Assembly: GCA_963762565.1 (NCBI GenBank)
Contig: CAVXLD010000003.1
Coordinates: 672,001 to 736,000, forward strand
Origin: an uncultured Verrucomicrobiae bacterium
GTDB lineage: Bacteria; Verrucomicrobiota; Verrucomicrobiia; Chthoniobacterales; JAFAMB01
Length of the DNA stretch: 64,000 nucleotides
Direction of reading: 5' to 3'
Numbering within the stretch: the first letter of the stretch is position 1; each line of letters starts with the position of its first letter. Of this stretch, positions 49,455-59,384 are shown piece by piece. The notes beneath the pieces were generated by a model. That model was not told where the DNA came from. It searched no databases and worked only from the letters and a program-made list of their open reading frames with translations. A program made the translations under genes and the position numbers.

Positions 49455-50573
49455 CTAAACGTTGAATCTGAATTCCATCACGTCTCCGTCCTGAACCACG
49501 TACTCTTTTCCTTCGATTCGCAGCTTGCCTGCTTCACGGGCTTTGGCAAAGGATCCTAGCTGGACTAGGTCGGTGAACCGTACTGTCTCGGCCGCGATAA
49601 AGCCGCGTTCGAAGTCGGAATGAATGACCCCGGCTGCTGCCGGCGCTTTATCTCCGGCATGGATCGTCCAAGCCCGGGTTTCTTTTTCCCCGGTGGTAAA
49701 ATAGGTGCGTAAGCCCAACAAATGATAGACGGAACGAATCAAGTTTTCTATCCCGGTCTCTTTGACACCAAGGCTGGCCAGGTACTCGGCGGCTTCTGCG
49801 GCGTCCAGGTCGACTAGTTCGCTTTCGATCTGGGCGCTGATCACTACAGCCTCCGTATTGAGATGGGTTTGGACGTACTGGTTGACCTGAGCCACGTACC
49901 CGGCCGGCGCCGACGTTTCCGAGGCCATAGCGGCCAGATCGGTTTCTGCCACGTTACAGGCAAAAATCGTCGGCTTGGCGGTTAATAAGAAAAAGGTCCG
50001 CAATAAATCGGTTTCTTCCTGGGACAGCGAGACGGCCGAAGCCGGCAACCCGTCGTTGAGGCTCGGCAGGAGTTTCTCGATCAGAGCCGCCTCGGCCTTG
50101 GCTTGTTTATCCCCGGACCTCACCTGTTTCTGTAATCGTTCCGCTCGCTTTTGCAGAGTACTGAGGTCGGCCAGGATCAATTCCGTGTTGACCACTTCTA
50201 TGTCGCGGAGTGGATCAACCGTGCCGCTGACATGATGGATCTCGCTGCTTTCGAAGCAGCGAACCACCTGAACAATTGCATCAACCTCGCGAATATGACT
50301 GAGAAATTGGTTGCCGAGGCCTTCACCCTGGCTCGCGCCCTTTACCAAGCCGGCAATGTCCACAAATTCCACAACGGCGGGGATGGTCTTCTGCGACTTG
50401 GAAAGAGTCGATAGCCGAGTCAGCCGGTCGTCCGGAACGGTTACGACGCCCTGATTCGGTTCGATGGTGCAGAAGGGATAGTTAGCTGCTTCCGCCTTTC
50501 GAGTACGAGTTACGGCATTAAACAAGGTCGATTTTCCGACATTCGGCAGCCCAACAATACCGGCGCTTAGCAT
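49455..50573 (-). CDS. ychF: Ribosome-binding ATPase YchF
   Basis: GIVGLPNVGKSTLFN, ANYPFCTIEPN, DIAGLVKGASQGEGLGNQFL, TGS domain ending FRFNV. Confidence 0.97.
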   Translation of the reverse strand: MLSAGIVGLPNVGKSTLFNAVTRTRKAEAANYPFCTIEPNQGVVTVPDDRLTRLSTLSKSQKTIPAVVEFVDIAGLVKGASQGEGLGNQFLSHIREVDAIVQVVRCFESSEIHHVSGTVDPLRDIEVVNTELILADLSTLQKRAERLQKQVRSGDKQAKAEAALIEKLLPSLNDGLPASAVSLSQEETDLLRTFFLLTAKPTIFACNVAETDLAAMASETSAPAGYVAQVNQYVQTHLNTEAVVISAQIESELVDLDAAEAAEYLASLGVKETGIENLIRSVYHLLGLRTYFTTGEKETRAWTIHAGDKAPAAAGVIHSDFERGFIAAETVRFTDLVQLGSFAKAREAGKLRIEGKEYVVQDGDVMEFRFNV

Positions 50574-50701
50574 AAGGGCGGGAAACTTAACGATGCGCGA
50601 CAAATCAGCACGCGAAATCTTGACTTTCTATTGGGTCGCCATAGGATCGTGCCGCGAGGTCCTCTTCCACTCTTGCCACCAAGTTCCTAAACCTACGCGC
50701 T

Positions 50702-51085
50702 ATGTCTTCACCCGCATCAAATCCCAGCAGCGACACTGGCCTAGCCTCCAATCTCGGGGCTGGTCTCTGTGCCCTTTTTCCGCTGATCGGCGGAATTGTG
50801 TTCTACTTTATCGAAAAGAAGGACCAGTTGGTCCGGCACTGGGCTGTTCAAGGGATCTTCTTTGGAGGCACCTCAATCGTTGTAGCGATCGTGCTGTCGA
50901 TTGTCACCGGTGTGCTATCAGTGATCCATATCGGCTTTTTAGGCTTTCTTTTACAATTGGCTTGGCAAATTTGCTGGCTGATCCTTTGGATTTTGGGCCT
51001 GATCAACGGATTTCAGGGTAAGCGCTGGGAATACCCGATCATTTCGGAACAGTGTAAGAAACTGTTTCCCAAATTGGTTCCGTAG
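50702..51085 (+). CDS. DUF4870-like membrane protein (copy 1)
   Basis: TGL..N....L, FYFIEKKD..VRHWAVQ, GKRWEYPII. Confidence 0.8.
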   Translation: MSSPASNPSSDTGLASNLGAGLCALFPLIGGIVFYFIEKKDQLVRHWAVQGIFFGGTSIVVAIVLSIVTGVLSVIHIGFLGFLLQLAWQICWLILWILGLINGFQGKRWEYPIISEQCKKLFPKLVP

Positions 51086-51181
51086 CTGGAGAAAACTGTG
51101 CGGTAAGTGTTGGCGATCTTCCCAATGGTCTGCGTTTGATCTCTTAAAGAAAAAGCTTCTTAGATAAACACCAATTCCAAT

Positions 51182-51574
51182 ATGTCTTCTTCACCTTCAT
51201 CGAATCCGAACAGCGATACCGGGCTTGCGTCCCATCTGGCCTCAGGAATTGCCGCCCTGGTCCCGCCCATTACCGGACTGATCTTTTACCTTATTGAGAA
51301 GAAGGACTCGCTGGCTCGGCACTGGGCTGTTCAAAGCATATTTTTCGGTTGTGTCTGGATTGTCCTCTGGATTGCTTATTGGATTGTGGCGGCAATCTTC
51401 GTGCACATTCCGATTCTCGGTCCGTTACTGATGGCACTTGTGTACTTCGTTTTGTGGATCGGCGGCTTTATTCTCTGGCTCCTCGGGGTTATCAACGCGT
51501 TCCAAGCCAAAAAGTGGGAGTACCCGATCGTTTCGGCACAGTGTAAAAAGCTGTTCCCGAAACTGGTGCCGTAG
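51182..51574 (+). CDS. DUF4870-like membrane protein (copy 2)
   Basis: Tandem paralog with the identical C-terminus QCKKLFPKLVP. Confidence 0.8.
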   Translation: MSSSPSSNPNSDTGLASHLASGIAALVPPITGLIFYLIEKKDSLARHWAVQSIFFGCVWIVLWIAYWIVAAIFVHIPILGPLLMALVYFVLWIGGFILWLLGVINAFQAKKWEYPIVSAQCKKLFPKLVP

Positions 51575-51593
51575 GAGGGGACAGGGACCCAAC

Positions 51594-51880
51594 TTGGTGG
51601 GGCGAGGCTCCCGTTCGGCCTTGATGGATTTTCAGGGACTGCAACGTCAAGCGTGAATTGGCGATTTGGGCCGATACGCCGCCGAGCCGCGCCCCTGGCT
51701 CGCCATCGGCCAACGCATGGTTTGGGCCGGGCTTCCTGCCTTGGCCCCTGTTCAGTTCCTAAGAAGCTGGTGCACGCTCGACCACGGCTCGGCAGCTGTT
51801 CGACACCGGCCGTTGCAGATTCGACCGGCGCAGTCTCCCTGCGACAAGTGTGTGGAAGATCCGGAGCCTCGCCCCACCAA
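51594..51880. repeat. Palindromic element, family D, copy 2
   Basis: Perfect TTGGTGGGGCGAGGCTCC / GGAGCCTCGCCCCACCAA between convergent genes. Confidence 0.88.
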
Positions 51881-51897
51881 AGTCTGGGCGAGCAAAG

Positions 51898-52707
51898 CTA
51901 GCGATACCCTTTCACCACCGAATGCACCGCCTCGGCAATTGGGGTGACAAAATCGAGGAGCTTCTGAGATAACCCTGGATCGTCGCCCAGTTCGCCGATT
52001 TTGCGCACAATCGCGCTTCCGACCACGACGCCGTCAGCCCACTCCGCGACCTGAGCGGCTTGCGCAGGGCTGGAGATACCGAAACCGACCACTACCGGAA
52101 GAGAAGTATGTCTTCGAATCTGGGCGAGACGTTCGGGAATCGAACCGGCTAGGTCATCTCGCTCGCCGGTTACGCCCTCTCGAGAAACGTAGTAGACGAA
52201 GCCACTGGCACTCCCGGTGATCGATCGGATCCTTTCTTCTGGCGTAGTGGGCGCGATCAGTCGAATTCGATGCATCTGCTGAACATCAACTGAATCCAGC
52301 GCCTCTTCTGGGGGCAGGTCCAGTAGCAAGAGTCCATCAACACCGGCGGCTAGCGCGTCTTCTTCAAACTGCCGGAACCCATATTGGAAGATTGGGTTGA
52401 GATAGCTGTATAAGACGATCGGCAGGCTGATCTTGCTCCGGATCAGAGAAATCGTATACAAGAGTTTGGGCAGCGTTGTACCGGCCTGAAGCGCCCGTTG
52501 GGCCCCGAGTTGATTGGCCACTCCATCTGCCAACGGGTCTGAGAACGGGACGCCGATCTCCAGAATATCAGCTCCCGCCCTTTCAAGCGTGGCCGCAATC
52601 TCAATGGTTTTCTCCAGGCTTGGGTCGCCGCCCGTAATGTAAACAATAAAAGCGCTTCGATTCTCGCTTTTAAGAGCGGCGAATTTCTCTTCGATCCGGT
52701 TCATCAT
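51898..52707 (-). CDS. trpA: Tryptophan synthase alpha chain
   Basis: YITGGDP, LEIGVPFSDPLADG, YYVSREGVTG, VGFGIS, DGVVVGSAIV. Confidence 0.96.
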   Translation of the reverse strand: MMNRIEEKFAALKSENRSAFIVYITGGDPSLEKTIEIAATLERAGADILEIGVPFSDPLADGVANQLGAQRALQAGTTLPKLLYTISLIRSKISLPIVLYSYLNPIFQYGFRQFEEDALAAGVDGLLLLDLPPEEALDSVDVQQMHRIRLIAPTTPEERIRSITGSASGFVYYVSREGVTGERDDLAGSIPERLAQIRRHTSLPVVVGFGISSPAQAAQVAEWADGVVVGSAIVRKIGELGDDPGLSQKLLDFVTPIAEAVHSVVKGYR

Positions 52708-52714
52708 CCTACTC

Positions 52715-52980
52715 GATAGCAAATAGCAGATAGCAGATAGCAAATCCAGCAGCCGACAGGCGGGGTCCGGGACGCGTTGGGTCCGAAGCAAGTCCAATTC
52801 AAAGTCAGCAGTAAGCAGTTAGCAGTAAGCATTGTCTGCGGAAAAGCAGGTCCGAAAATCAGGAGTAGGGCTTACTGCTTACCGCTTACTTGAAGGACAC
52901 TGTGCTCCCGCAAATACCCAGAGCGTGCCTCACCCAAGGCCCTGCTGGATTTGCTATTTGCTATTTGCTATTTGCTATTC
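52715..52980. repeat. Nested heptamer hairpin between divergent trpA and mobA
   Basis: (A/G)ATAGCA x4 ... TTTGCTA x4, enclosing GCAGTAA / TTACTGC arrays. Confidence 0.8.
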
Positions 52981-52985
52981 TCTCT

Positions 52986-53579
52986 GTGGCCGCGCTTCCT
53001 CATTTCTCAGCCGCTCTTCTGGCCGGGGGACGTTCTCGGCGGATGGGACGCGACAAAAGACTTCTGGTTATCGATTGGGAAGGAGAACCGGTACCGCTCT
53101 GGAAACGGCAGTTGAACGTCCTACGCCAACTCGCACCGGTCGAGTTATTGGTTTCGGGATCGCCCGATCTTGAATATCCGCCCGATGCTAAGGTGGTACC
53201 GGACAGGATCGAAAATGCCGGTCCGCTTGCCGGTATCGTGAGTTGTCTGGAGGCTGCTAAATCCGAGTTGTTGCTAGTTTTGGCCGTCGACCTGCCCAAT
53301 ATGAATTCAGAGTACCTGAAAACACTGGTTCAGGGTTCGGCGCTTGGCTGTGGGGTCGTACCGGCGATTGCGCAGGCGGTTGAACCGGTCGTTGCGGTGT
53401 ATCCTGTGGAAGCGGCTACACTAGCCATCACCTGGTTGGAGCAAGGGGAGCGCAGCGTCCAAACTTTCGCTCGCCGGTTGGAACGGGAAGGTCTCGTAAC
53501 TATCCGAACGATTGCCCCAGCCGAGAAGGCTTTGTTCCGGAACTGGAATTCCCCGGAAGACCTCGCGAACTCGCCTTAG
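52986..53579 (+). CDS. mobA: Molybdenum cofactor guanylyltransferase
   Basis: LLAGGRSRRMGRDK, GPLAGI, AVDLP, EP..AVY, FRNWNSPEDL; GTG start inferred. Confidence 0.88.
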   Translation: MAALPHFSAALLAGGRSRRMGRDKRLLVIDWEGEPVPLWKRQLNVLRQLAPVELLVSGSPDLEYPPDAKVVPDRIENAGPLAGIVSCLEAAKSELLLVLAVDLPNMNSEYLKTLVQGSALGCGVVPAIAQAVEPVVAVYPVEAATLAITWLEQGERSVQTFARRLEREGLVTIRTIAPAEKALFRNWNSPEDLANSP

Positions 53580-53704
53580 GCTCGTTCGCGAATAGCCAAT
53601 AGCCGATAGCCAATAGCCAAGGTGCGGCTGCTGAACCCAATCGGCTATTGGCTTATTGGCTATCGGCTATTGGCTATCGGTCATTCTAGCGAGCCTAAGG
53701 CGAG
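53570..53704. repeat. Palindromic element, family C, with AATAGCC arms
   Basis: CTCGCCTTAGGCTCG ... CGAGCCTAAGGCGAG; the termini contain the stop codons of both flanking genes. Confidence 0.9.
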
Positions 53705-54033
53705 CTAGCGGGGCTCGGGCTGGCATTCGCGTCGGTATCGTCGCCGTCGTCGTTGTCTGCGATGTCTGGGTTTTCGTCGGTGCGCACGACTTGCCCCGTG
53801 TCCGCGATGTGCACCTCGAGGTAAAACTTGCCGTTGAGAGTGATGTTGATCTTATAAATAGTGGCTGGACCCCAGTCGTAAGTGTCAATATTGGCCACTG
53901 TCTCCTCGGGATTTTGCAGAAGTTTCTTTAAACTGGCCTGAACCGCGCCCGGCAGAGAATCAACCGTCAGGGGATTCGCCAACATCGCCGTGGAGAACAA
54001 CACCGTCGCAGCGATCACAAACATCCAACGCAT
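53695..54033 (-). CDS. Small secreted PepSY/BLIP-like protein
   Basis: Signal peptide; LPGAVQA...IYKI...EVHIADTGQVV. Confidence 0.6.
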   Translation of the reverse strand: MRWMFVIAATVLFSTAMLANPLTVDSLPGAVQASLKKLLQNPEETVANIDTYDWGPATIYKINITLNGKFYLEVHIADTGQVVRTDENPDIADNDDGDDTDANASPSPASSP

Positions 54034-54197
54034 GGCCCGAAGCTATTGGTGAAGAGGGTTGATCGCAAGCGGACGTATCAGGAGGGCGAGGCTCCAAAAC
54101 GTGACCAACCTTTGATGGATTCGGTACCCGATCTGGTTGCACCCGAGAACGAAGCAGCATAGCCGAGCCGGGGGGTTGGGCACGCCACGCCACTGGA

Positions 54198-54600
54198 ATC
54201 GTTCTCGTCCTCGTCCTCGAAAGCGGTGTGGGTCGACGCGACGTAAGATCACCCAGCGCCTGGAGGGGAGCCGCTTTGGCGCGTATCTCGCCGCTCTAGC
54301 AGATTCCGTCGCAATGTTAGTCCGGCCAGGGCGTGTGAAAACGGGCGGCTCCCGGGAATAACCCAGCGTGAAGCATTTACCTGTGACTTTCTATTCGTTT
54401 CAAGCCCGGACCGGAAAGCTGCAAACCGCTGGATTATTCGCGGGAGCCGCCTGTTGCGATATTCTTTGGCCGAAGGGAGCGCTGAAACAAATATCGCGAG
54501 GTCACCTAATACACGCCAAAGCGGCTCCCCTCCAGGCCCTGGGCGATCGCACGTCGCGTCAGCCCGCCACGCTTTATCGACGACGAGAACGACGACGATC
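54198..54600. repeat. Nested palindromic element, family A, copy 2
   Basis: Inverted near-copy of 8535-8917. Confidence 0.88.
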
Positions 54601-54693
54601 CAGGCCCACACGCCTCCTCCTGGCTCCTAGATTCTAGCTCCTTTTTTCCCCTTCCCCCCGCACCCAATCCGGGTACTGTTCGGCCAAAAAATC

Positions 54694-55692
54694 ATGCAAA
54701 CTCTCCAGCGACTGGCTTCTTGTTGGAACGTTTTTTATCGACTCCTGGCTTTGGGTACAGCGCTTTGTCCGCTCTCTCTTTTTGCGGCGCCGCTGACTCT
54801 GGGGGAACCCATTGCCGTGCCGGGAACAAAAGGCCGGTTCGATCTTCTAGAAGTCGACCGGCCGTTGCATCGGCTATTAGCAGATCATACCGGCAACAAG
54901 TCTTTGGATGTTTTCAATCTTCCGGACGGAAAATTAATCAAAAGCGTCACGACCGGGGCAGCTCAGGATGTCGCCATTGATGCAGCCCACGACAGCTACT
55001 ACGTCGCGGTCAGCGATCAAAAGAAACTAGTGGAGGTCGATCGAAGAGCGCTGGATGTGAGCGGCTCAGTCGACCTGCCGGGACCACCGGACTCGCTGAC
55101 GTATTTTCCGAAAAACGGGAAGGTGTATGTGGATCATGATGACGGCGAAGATCTGTGGGTAATCGATCCTGCCGCCCAAAAAATTGTGGCTACAATCGCG
55201 ATCCCGACGGCCCCAGAAATCATTTTATACGACCCGGTTTCTGAAGAGCTCTTTCAGAACATCAAGTCCAAACCGGTAATGTTGGTGATTGATCCGACCG
55301 CAAACACTATCGCCCAAACTTTCTCAACTTTACCCGCCGAAAAACCGCACGGGATTGCGATCGACCCGAAAACCCGTCGATTGTTCTCAGCCGGTGGGAA
55401 CGGAAAGTTGGTGGTCATGGATAGCACTACCGGTGTGTGTATACAGTCAGTTGATATCGCGCCGGGCGTCGATCAAATCGCGTTCGATCCAGGAAACCAA
55501 CGGATTTACTGCGCGAGTGGCCAAGGTAAACTGTCCGTTTTAGAAGAGACGGTCGAAGGCGCCAAACCGTTGGGCGAAGTAGAGACACCAAAGGGAACGC
55601 ACTCGGTGGCGGTTGACCCGGATACCCACTCAGTCTGGATTGCGTTTGCCAAGGACAACGTTCCCTATATTGCCGAGCTGAAAGCGCTTTGA
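54694..55692 (+). CDS. Secreted YncE-like beta-propeller protein
   Basis: Signal peptide; repeated PHGIAIDP / DQIAFDP / HSVAVDP blades. Confidence 0.82.
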   Translation: MQTLQRLASCWNVFYRLLALGTALCPLSLFAAPLTLGEPIAVPGTKGRFDLLEVDRPLHRLLADHTGNKSLDVFNLPDGKLIKSVTTGAAQDVAIDAAHDSYYVAVSDQKKLVEVDRRALDVSGSVDLPGPPDSLTYFPKNGKVYVDHDDGEDLWVIDPAAQKIVATIAIPTAPEIILYDPVSEELFQNIKSKPVMLVIDPTANTIAQTFSTLPAEKPHGIAIDPKTRRLFSAGGNGKLVVMDSTTGVCIQSVDIAPGVDQIAFDPGNQRIYCASGQGKLSVLEETVEGAKPLGEVETPKGTHSVAVDPDTHSVWIAFAKDNVPYIAELKAL

Positions 55693-55713
55693 GCCCTGGT
55701 ATGGCGAGGCCCT

Positions 55714-55930
55714 GAATGGCTTGGAGGGGAGCCGCTTTGTTAGTCAGCAGCTCTGTAGGTTTGCAACAGGCGGCTCCCGAGCGCGTTCCAGGGCTACGCA
55801 GTTCTGTCCACGGCTGAGACTCTTAACTGACGTTCCTCCCGCGGGGCTAACGTTGGGTAATTCCCGGGAGCCGCCTGCTGCCATTCCATAGAACTGCCAC
55901 CTTACGAAGCGGCTCCCCTCCAAGCTATTC
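55714..55930. repeat. Family A element, shorter diverged copy 3
   Basis: TTGGAGGGGAGCCGCTT...AAGCGGCTCCCCTCCAA with inner CAGGCGGCTCCC/GGGAGCCGCCTG. Confidence 0.82.
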
Positions 55931-55942
55931 GAAGCCGAGCAC

Positions 55943-56401
55943 TTAGGAAACCGGCGGCATGGCTACCTGGGTGCCTGGGCCTGGCAAGGTTTCGCCCTTG
56001 AAGAGCGCCTTCACGGATGCGCGGCTTAAAACGATCAACGAAAAGATTCCCAGCACGATCCCCGGGATACCTCCGATAACCAACGTGACGATCGCTAAGA
56101 TGAAACAGAACCAGTATCCACCTTGATGCTTCCGATATTTCCCACCTGCCATCAGGGTCAGGACTCCATAGATAACCACAATAATAAAAAGGATAACACC
56201 GACACCAATCATTACCCCGCCCACGACACCGGCGTTGACGTTTTCGTCTGTAGAGCTCGAAGTAGCCGATGGATTAGCCATCAGGACGATACCAATAAAG
56301 AGGAAGTAAGCTCCGATCGCGAGCCCGCCAACAAGGGATAGTGCGCCCCAAATATAGTGGAAAATGCCAAGTAGCTTCAGGTGTTCGAGGTCTTTTTCCA
56401 T
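55943..56401 (-). CDS. Hypothetical membrane protein (about 3 TM)
   Basis: HLKLLGIFHYI...GIVLGIFSLIVL.R.SVKALF. Confidence 0.72.
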   Translation of the reverse strand: MEKDLEHLKLLGIFHYIWGALSLVGGLAIGAYFLFIGIVLMANPSATSSSTDENVNAGVVGGVMIGVGVILFIIVVIYGVLTLMAGGKYRKHQGGYWFCFILAIVTLVIGGIPGIVLGIFSLIVLSRASVKALFKGETLPGPGTQVAMPPVS

Positions 56402-56493
56402 GCGCCGGTTCTCTCAGATTTGAAGTGTTTGGGCGAGAAGAATTTGGAAGTAGCGGTTTAGATGGTAATGAGAGGGGTAAGGGCGGGAATTAA

Positions 56494-56510
56494 TTGCAAA
56501 TGACTTGCAT
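56494..56510. promoter_or_regulatory. Palindromic operator, possibly Fur/Zur-family
   Basis: TGCAA-ATGAC-TTGCA upstream of a His-rich leader and a TonB receptor. Confidence 0.5.
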
Positions 56511-56540
56511 CAAGATTCCTACTCTCCTATCCTCGGGCCG

Positions 56541-56906
56541 GTGATTCGACGTGTGACGAGATTATCGTGGCTTGGTCCGCTGATCCAGACAGGTCAGCGC
56601 TGGACCGGAGCCCTGCTCGTCGTCGCGGTACTGTGGGCTTTAACGCTTTCCGTTTCGCCTCAACTACACGAGTTAGTTCATCCGGACGCCGATCACGAGG
56701 ATCATGATTGCGCGGTTACCCTCTTTCTTGGGGGTGGGCTGTTGCATTCTCCGGTGTTGCCCAGCCTGGTTGCTGGACCGCTATTCACATTCCTTAGGCG
56801 CGCTCCCAGTCTGCCCCCGATTATTCTTGCGGCGCTGTTTACCGGGCAAAGTGTCTTCGAACGTGGACCACCCGCGCTCCGCGGGGCGTGCTTCATTTCT
56901 GCCTGA
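56541..56906 (+). CDS. DUF2946-like leader protein with His/Cys motif and RGPP
   Basis: TM, HELVHPDADHEDHDC, near-terminal ERGPP; upstream of a TonB receptor; GTG start inferred. Confidence 0.7.
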   Translation: MIRRVTRLSWLGPLIQTGQRWTGALLVVAVLWALTLSVSPQLHELVHPDADHEDHDCAVTLFLGGGLLHSPVLPSLVAGPLFTFLRRAPSLPPIILAALFTGQSVFERGPPALRGACFISA

Positions 56907-57125
56907 TCTTAGAGCTCTTTAGGAGCAGAATCTTTATTGCGAGGCACCCTCCGCGAGGAATGACCTGTGGAGCCGGTTGGCATGCACACGTCAACGATCG
57001 CACCGTTCCCAGAGTAGGGGAATGCATTGGGCCTTCACCCGGACATAAAAAGGCTCGTCGCGTCGGCGTTGGCAGAACTCCGGCCACTAACCGCCAGTCG
57101 CAAAACTTTTTTCACGACCAGTCAA

Positions 57126-59342
57126 ATGAACCCTTTTCTTTCAGTGCCTAACCATTGTTCCTATTTACGCCTTTTTTTGGCAATTAGTGCCGCTTCGTTT
57201 CTCCTTCTCAGCTTGACCTTGCCAACCTCCGCACAGCAGGCTCCTTCGACAAGCTCAGCACCGGCGGCGTCCGCGAGCCCGTCTCCTTCGCCCGGTAACC
57301 CAGCCGGCTCTCCCGCAACTCAAGCCATTCAGGGGTTGGACACCGTCACTGTGATCGGCCAACTCAATGAGGCCCGAGACCAAATCGTCCCGGATCTCGG
57401 CGCCACGAAATATTCAATTGGCCAAACGCAGATTCAGGGGGAAGCACAAGGCGATAACGCGACTTTCAACCAAGTGATTCTGCGCGCACCCGGAGTCGCT
57501 CAAGATTCCTACGGGCAACTGCATGTCCGTGATGAACATGCCAATCTCCAATACCGTATCGACGGAGTCGTGATCCCAGAAGGGATCACCGGTTTCGGTC
57601 AAGAGATTGATACCCGCCTGGTTCAGAACGTCGATTTGATTACCGGCTCGTTACCAGCCCAGTTCGGTTTTTACACCACCGGGATCATCGATATTCAGAC
57701 CAAGGAAGGTCCGGATCTGAACGGTGGCGAGGTATCTATGTATGGCGGTTCCCATGATACGATTAACCCAAGTTTCGAATCGGGCGGGTCATATGGAAGA
57801 TTCAACTATTTCGTTGTGGGAAGTTATAATTCCAACAACCTCGGGATTGAAAACACAACTGGTTCACCCTACGCCATTCATGATCGCACCGATCAATATA
57901 AACTGTTTGCGGATCTCTCTTATATCATTGACGACACCAGCCGGATTACATTGCTGCTAAGCGGCACCTACTCCGACTTTCAAATCCCGAATAACCCCAA
58001 CCAAACACCGGCCTTTACGCTGGCGAATGCGGCGCCTGACAAGTTTAACTCGATCAACCTCAACGAGAATCAGCACGAGCAGAACCATTACGCCATCCTT
58101 GCGTATCAAAAGACGATCGATGACCTGACCTTTCAACTGGCTGTGTTTAGCCGGTATAGTGCGACATTATTCACTCCGGACAATCAGGGCGATCTGATCT
58201 TCAACGGGATAGCCAGCCGGGTTGATGACAATATTTTTTCTAATGGGGTTCAATTTGATGCGGCTTGGCGGTTGAATGACTACCATACTATCCGGGGGGG
58301 ATTTCTGGTGACAGTGGAAAAGGCAGTCGCGGATAGCAACAACCTGGTTTTCCCCGGTGGTCCCGGATTTCAAAGCTCGGCTGTGCCTGTCGATATCACC
58401 GATGACAGCAGTAAGACCGGCCTCTATTACGGGTGGTACTTACAAGATGAATGGCGTGTATTTACGCCTTTGACCATTAACTTCGGCGGCCGATTCGACA
58501 TCATTGATGAATACGCACACGAAAATCAGCTTAGTCCGCGGGTTAACATTGTCTTAAAAGCAACCAGTACCCTGACAATGCATGCCGGGTATTCCAAATA
58601 CTTTACCCCGCCGCCGCTGGAACTGGTGGCTAATCGAGATCTGGCGAAGTTCATCGGTACAACCAATCAGGCTGCAGTGAATATAAGTTCTCCGGTCCAG
58701 CCGGAGAAAGCAGATTATTTTGACGCAGGCCTGACTGAGCAGTTCACCAGCGCTTTTTCCATGGGAGTGGACACCTATTATAAAGAAGCGCATGACCTGT
58801 TGGATTTAGGCCAGTTCGGCGCCGCGTTGATTTTTGCCCCTTTCAACTATGTACAGGGTAACCAATACGGCACGGAAGTAACCGCCAATTATACGGAGAA
58901 AGGATTTAACGCGTATTTGAATTTCGGCTTCGAGCGTGGCACCGGCAAAACCCTTGGCTCCGGGCAATTTCAGTTTGGACCGGACGAAGTCGCCTTCATA
59001 CAGAATCACTGGGTTTTTCTCGATCACGATCAACGCTACACAGCTTCGGCCGGCGTCTCGTACTCGTTTATGAACACAACCGTGTACAGTGATATGCTGT
59101 ACGGCAACGGCCTTCGCAGCGGGTTCGCTAGCACGGATGAAGTCCCGGCCTATTGGGTGTTTAACGTAGGCCTGAGCCATACCTTCAATTTGCCGGAATA
59201 CGGCAAGATCCAAGTGCGGTTTGATATCACCAATCTCTTTAATAATGCTTACGAGCTGCGCACCGGGTCCGGCATCGGAGTGTTTGCGCCTCAATATGGC
59301 CCGCGCCGCGGGTTTTTTGGCGGAGTTTCTTGGATATTCTAA
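57126..59342 (+). CDS. TonB-dependent receptor
   Basis: Signal peptide, DTVTVIG TonB box, plug region, NLFN, C-terminal GVSWIF. Confidence 0.93.
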   Translation: MNPFLSVPNHCSYLRLFLAISAASFLLLSLTLPTSAQQAPSTSSAPAASASPSPSPGNPAGSPATQAIQGLDTVTVIGQLNEARDQIVPDLGATKYSIGQTQIQGEAQGDNATFNQVILRAPGVAQDSYGQLHVRDEHANLQYRIDGVVIPEGITGFGQEIDTRLVQNVDLITGSLPAQFGFYTTGIIDIQTKEGPDLNGGEVSMYGGSHDTINPSFESGGSYGRFNYFVVGSYNSNNLGIENTTGSPYAIHDRTDQYKLFADLSYIIDDTSRITLLLSGTYSDFQIPNNPNQTPAFTLANAAPDKFNSINLNENQHEQNHYAILAYQKTIDDLTFQLAVFSRYSATLFTPDNQGDLIFNGIASRVDDNIFSNGVQFDAAWRLNDYHTIRGGFLVTVEKAVADSNNLVFPGGPGFQSSAVPVDITDDSSKTGLYYGWYLQDEWRVFTPLTINFGGRFDIIDEYAHENQLSPRVNIVLKATSTLTMHAGYSKYFTPPPLELVANRDLAKFIGTTNQAAVNISSPVQPEKADYFDAGLTEQFTSAFSMGVDTYYKEAHDLLDLGQFGAALIFAPFNYVQGNQYGTEVTANYTEKGFNAYLNFGFERGTGKTLGSGQFQFGPDEVAFIQNHWVFLDHDQRYTASAGVSYSFMNTTVYSDMLYGNGLRSGFASTDEVPAYWVFNVGLSHTFNLPEYGKIQVRFDITNLFNNAYELRTGSGIGVFAPQYGPRRGFFGGVSWIF

Positions 59343-59384
59343 AGCGGTTGCATGCTGGTGCTGACAGTTGTACACAAATGGGCA

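Noticed and set aside
52707..52986. Long N-terminal extensions of trpA and mobA in the ORF track
   Set aside because: They translate heptamer repeats (AICYLL); conserved domains start later.
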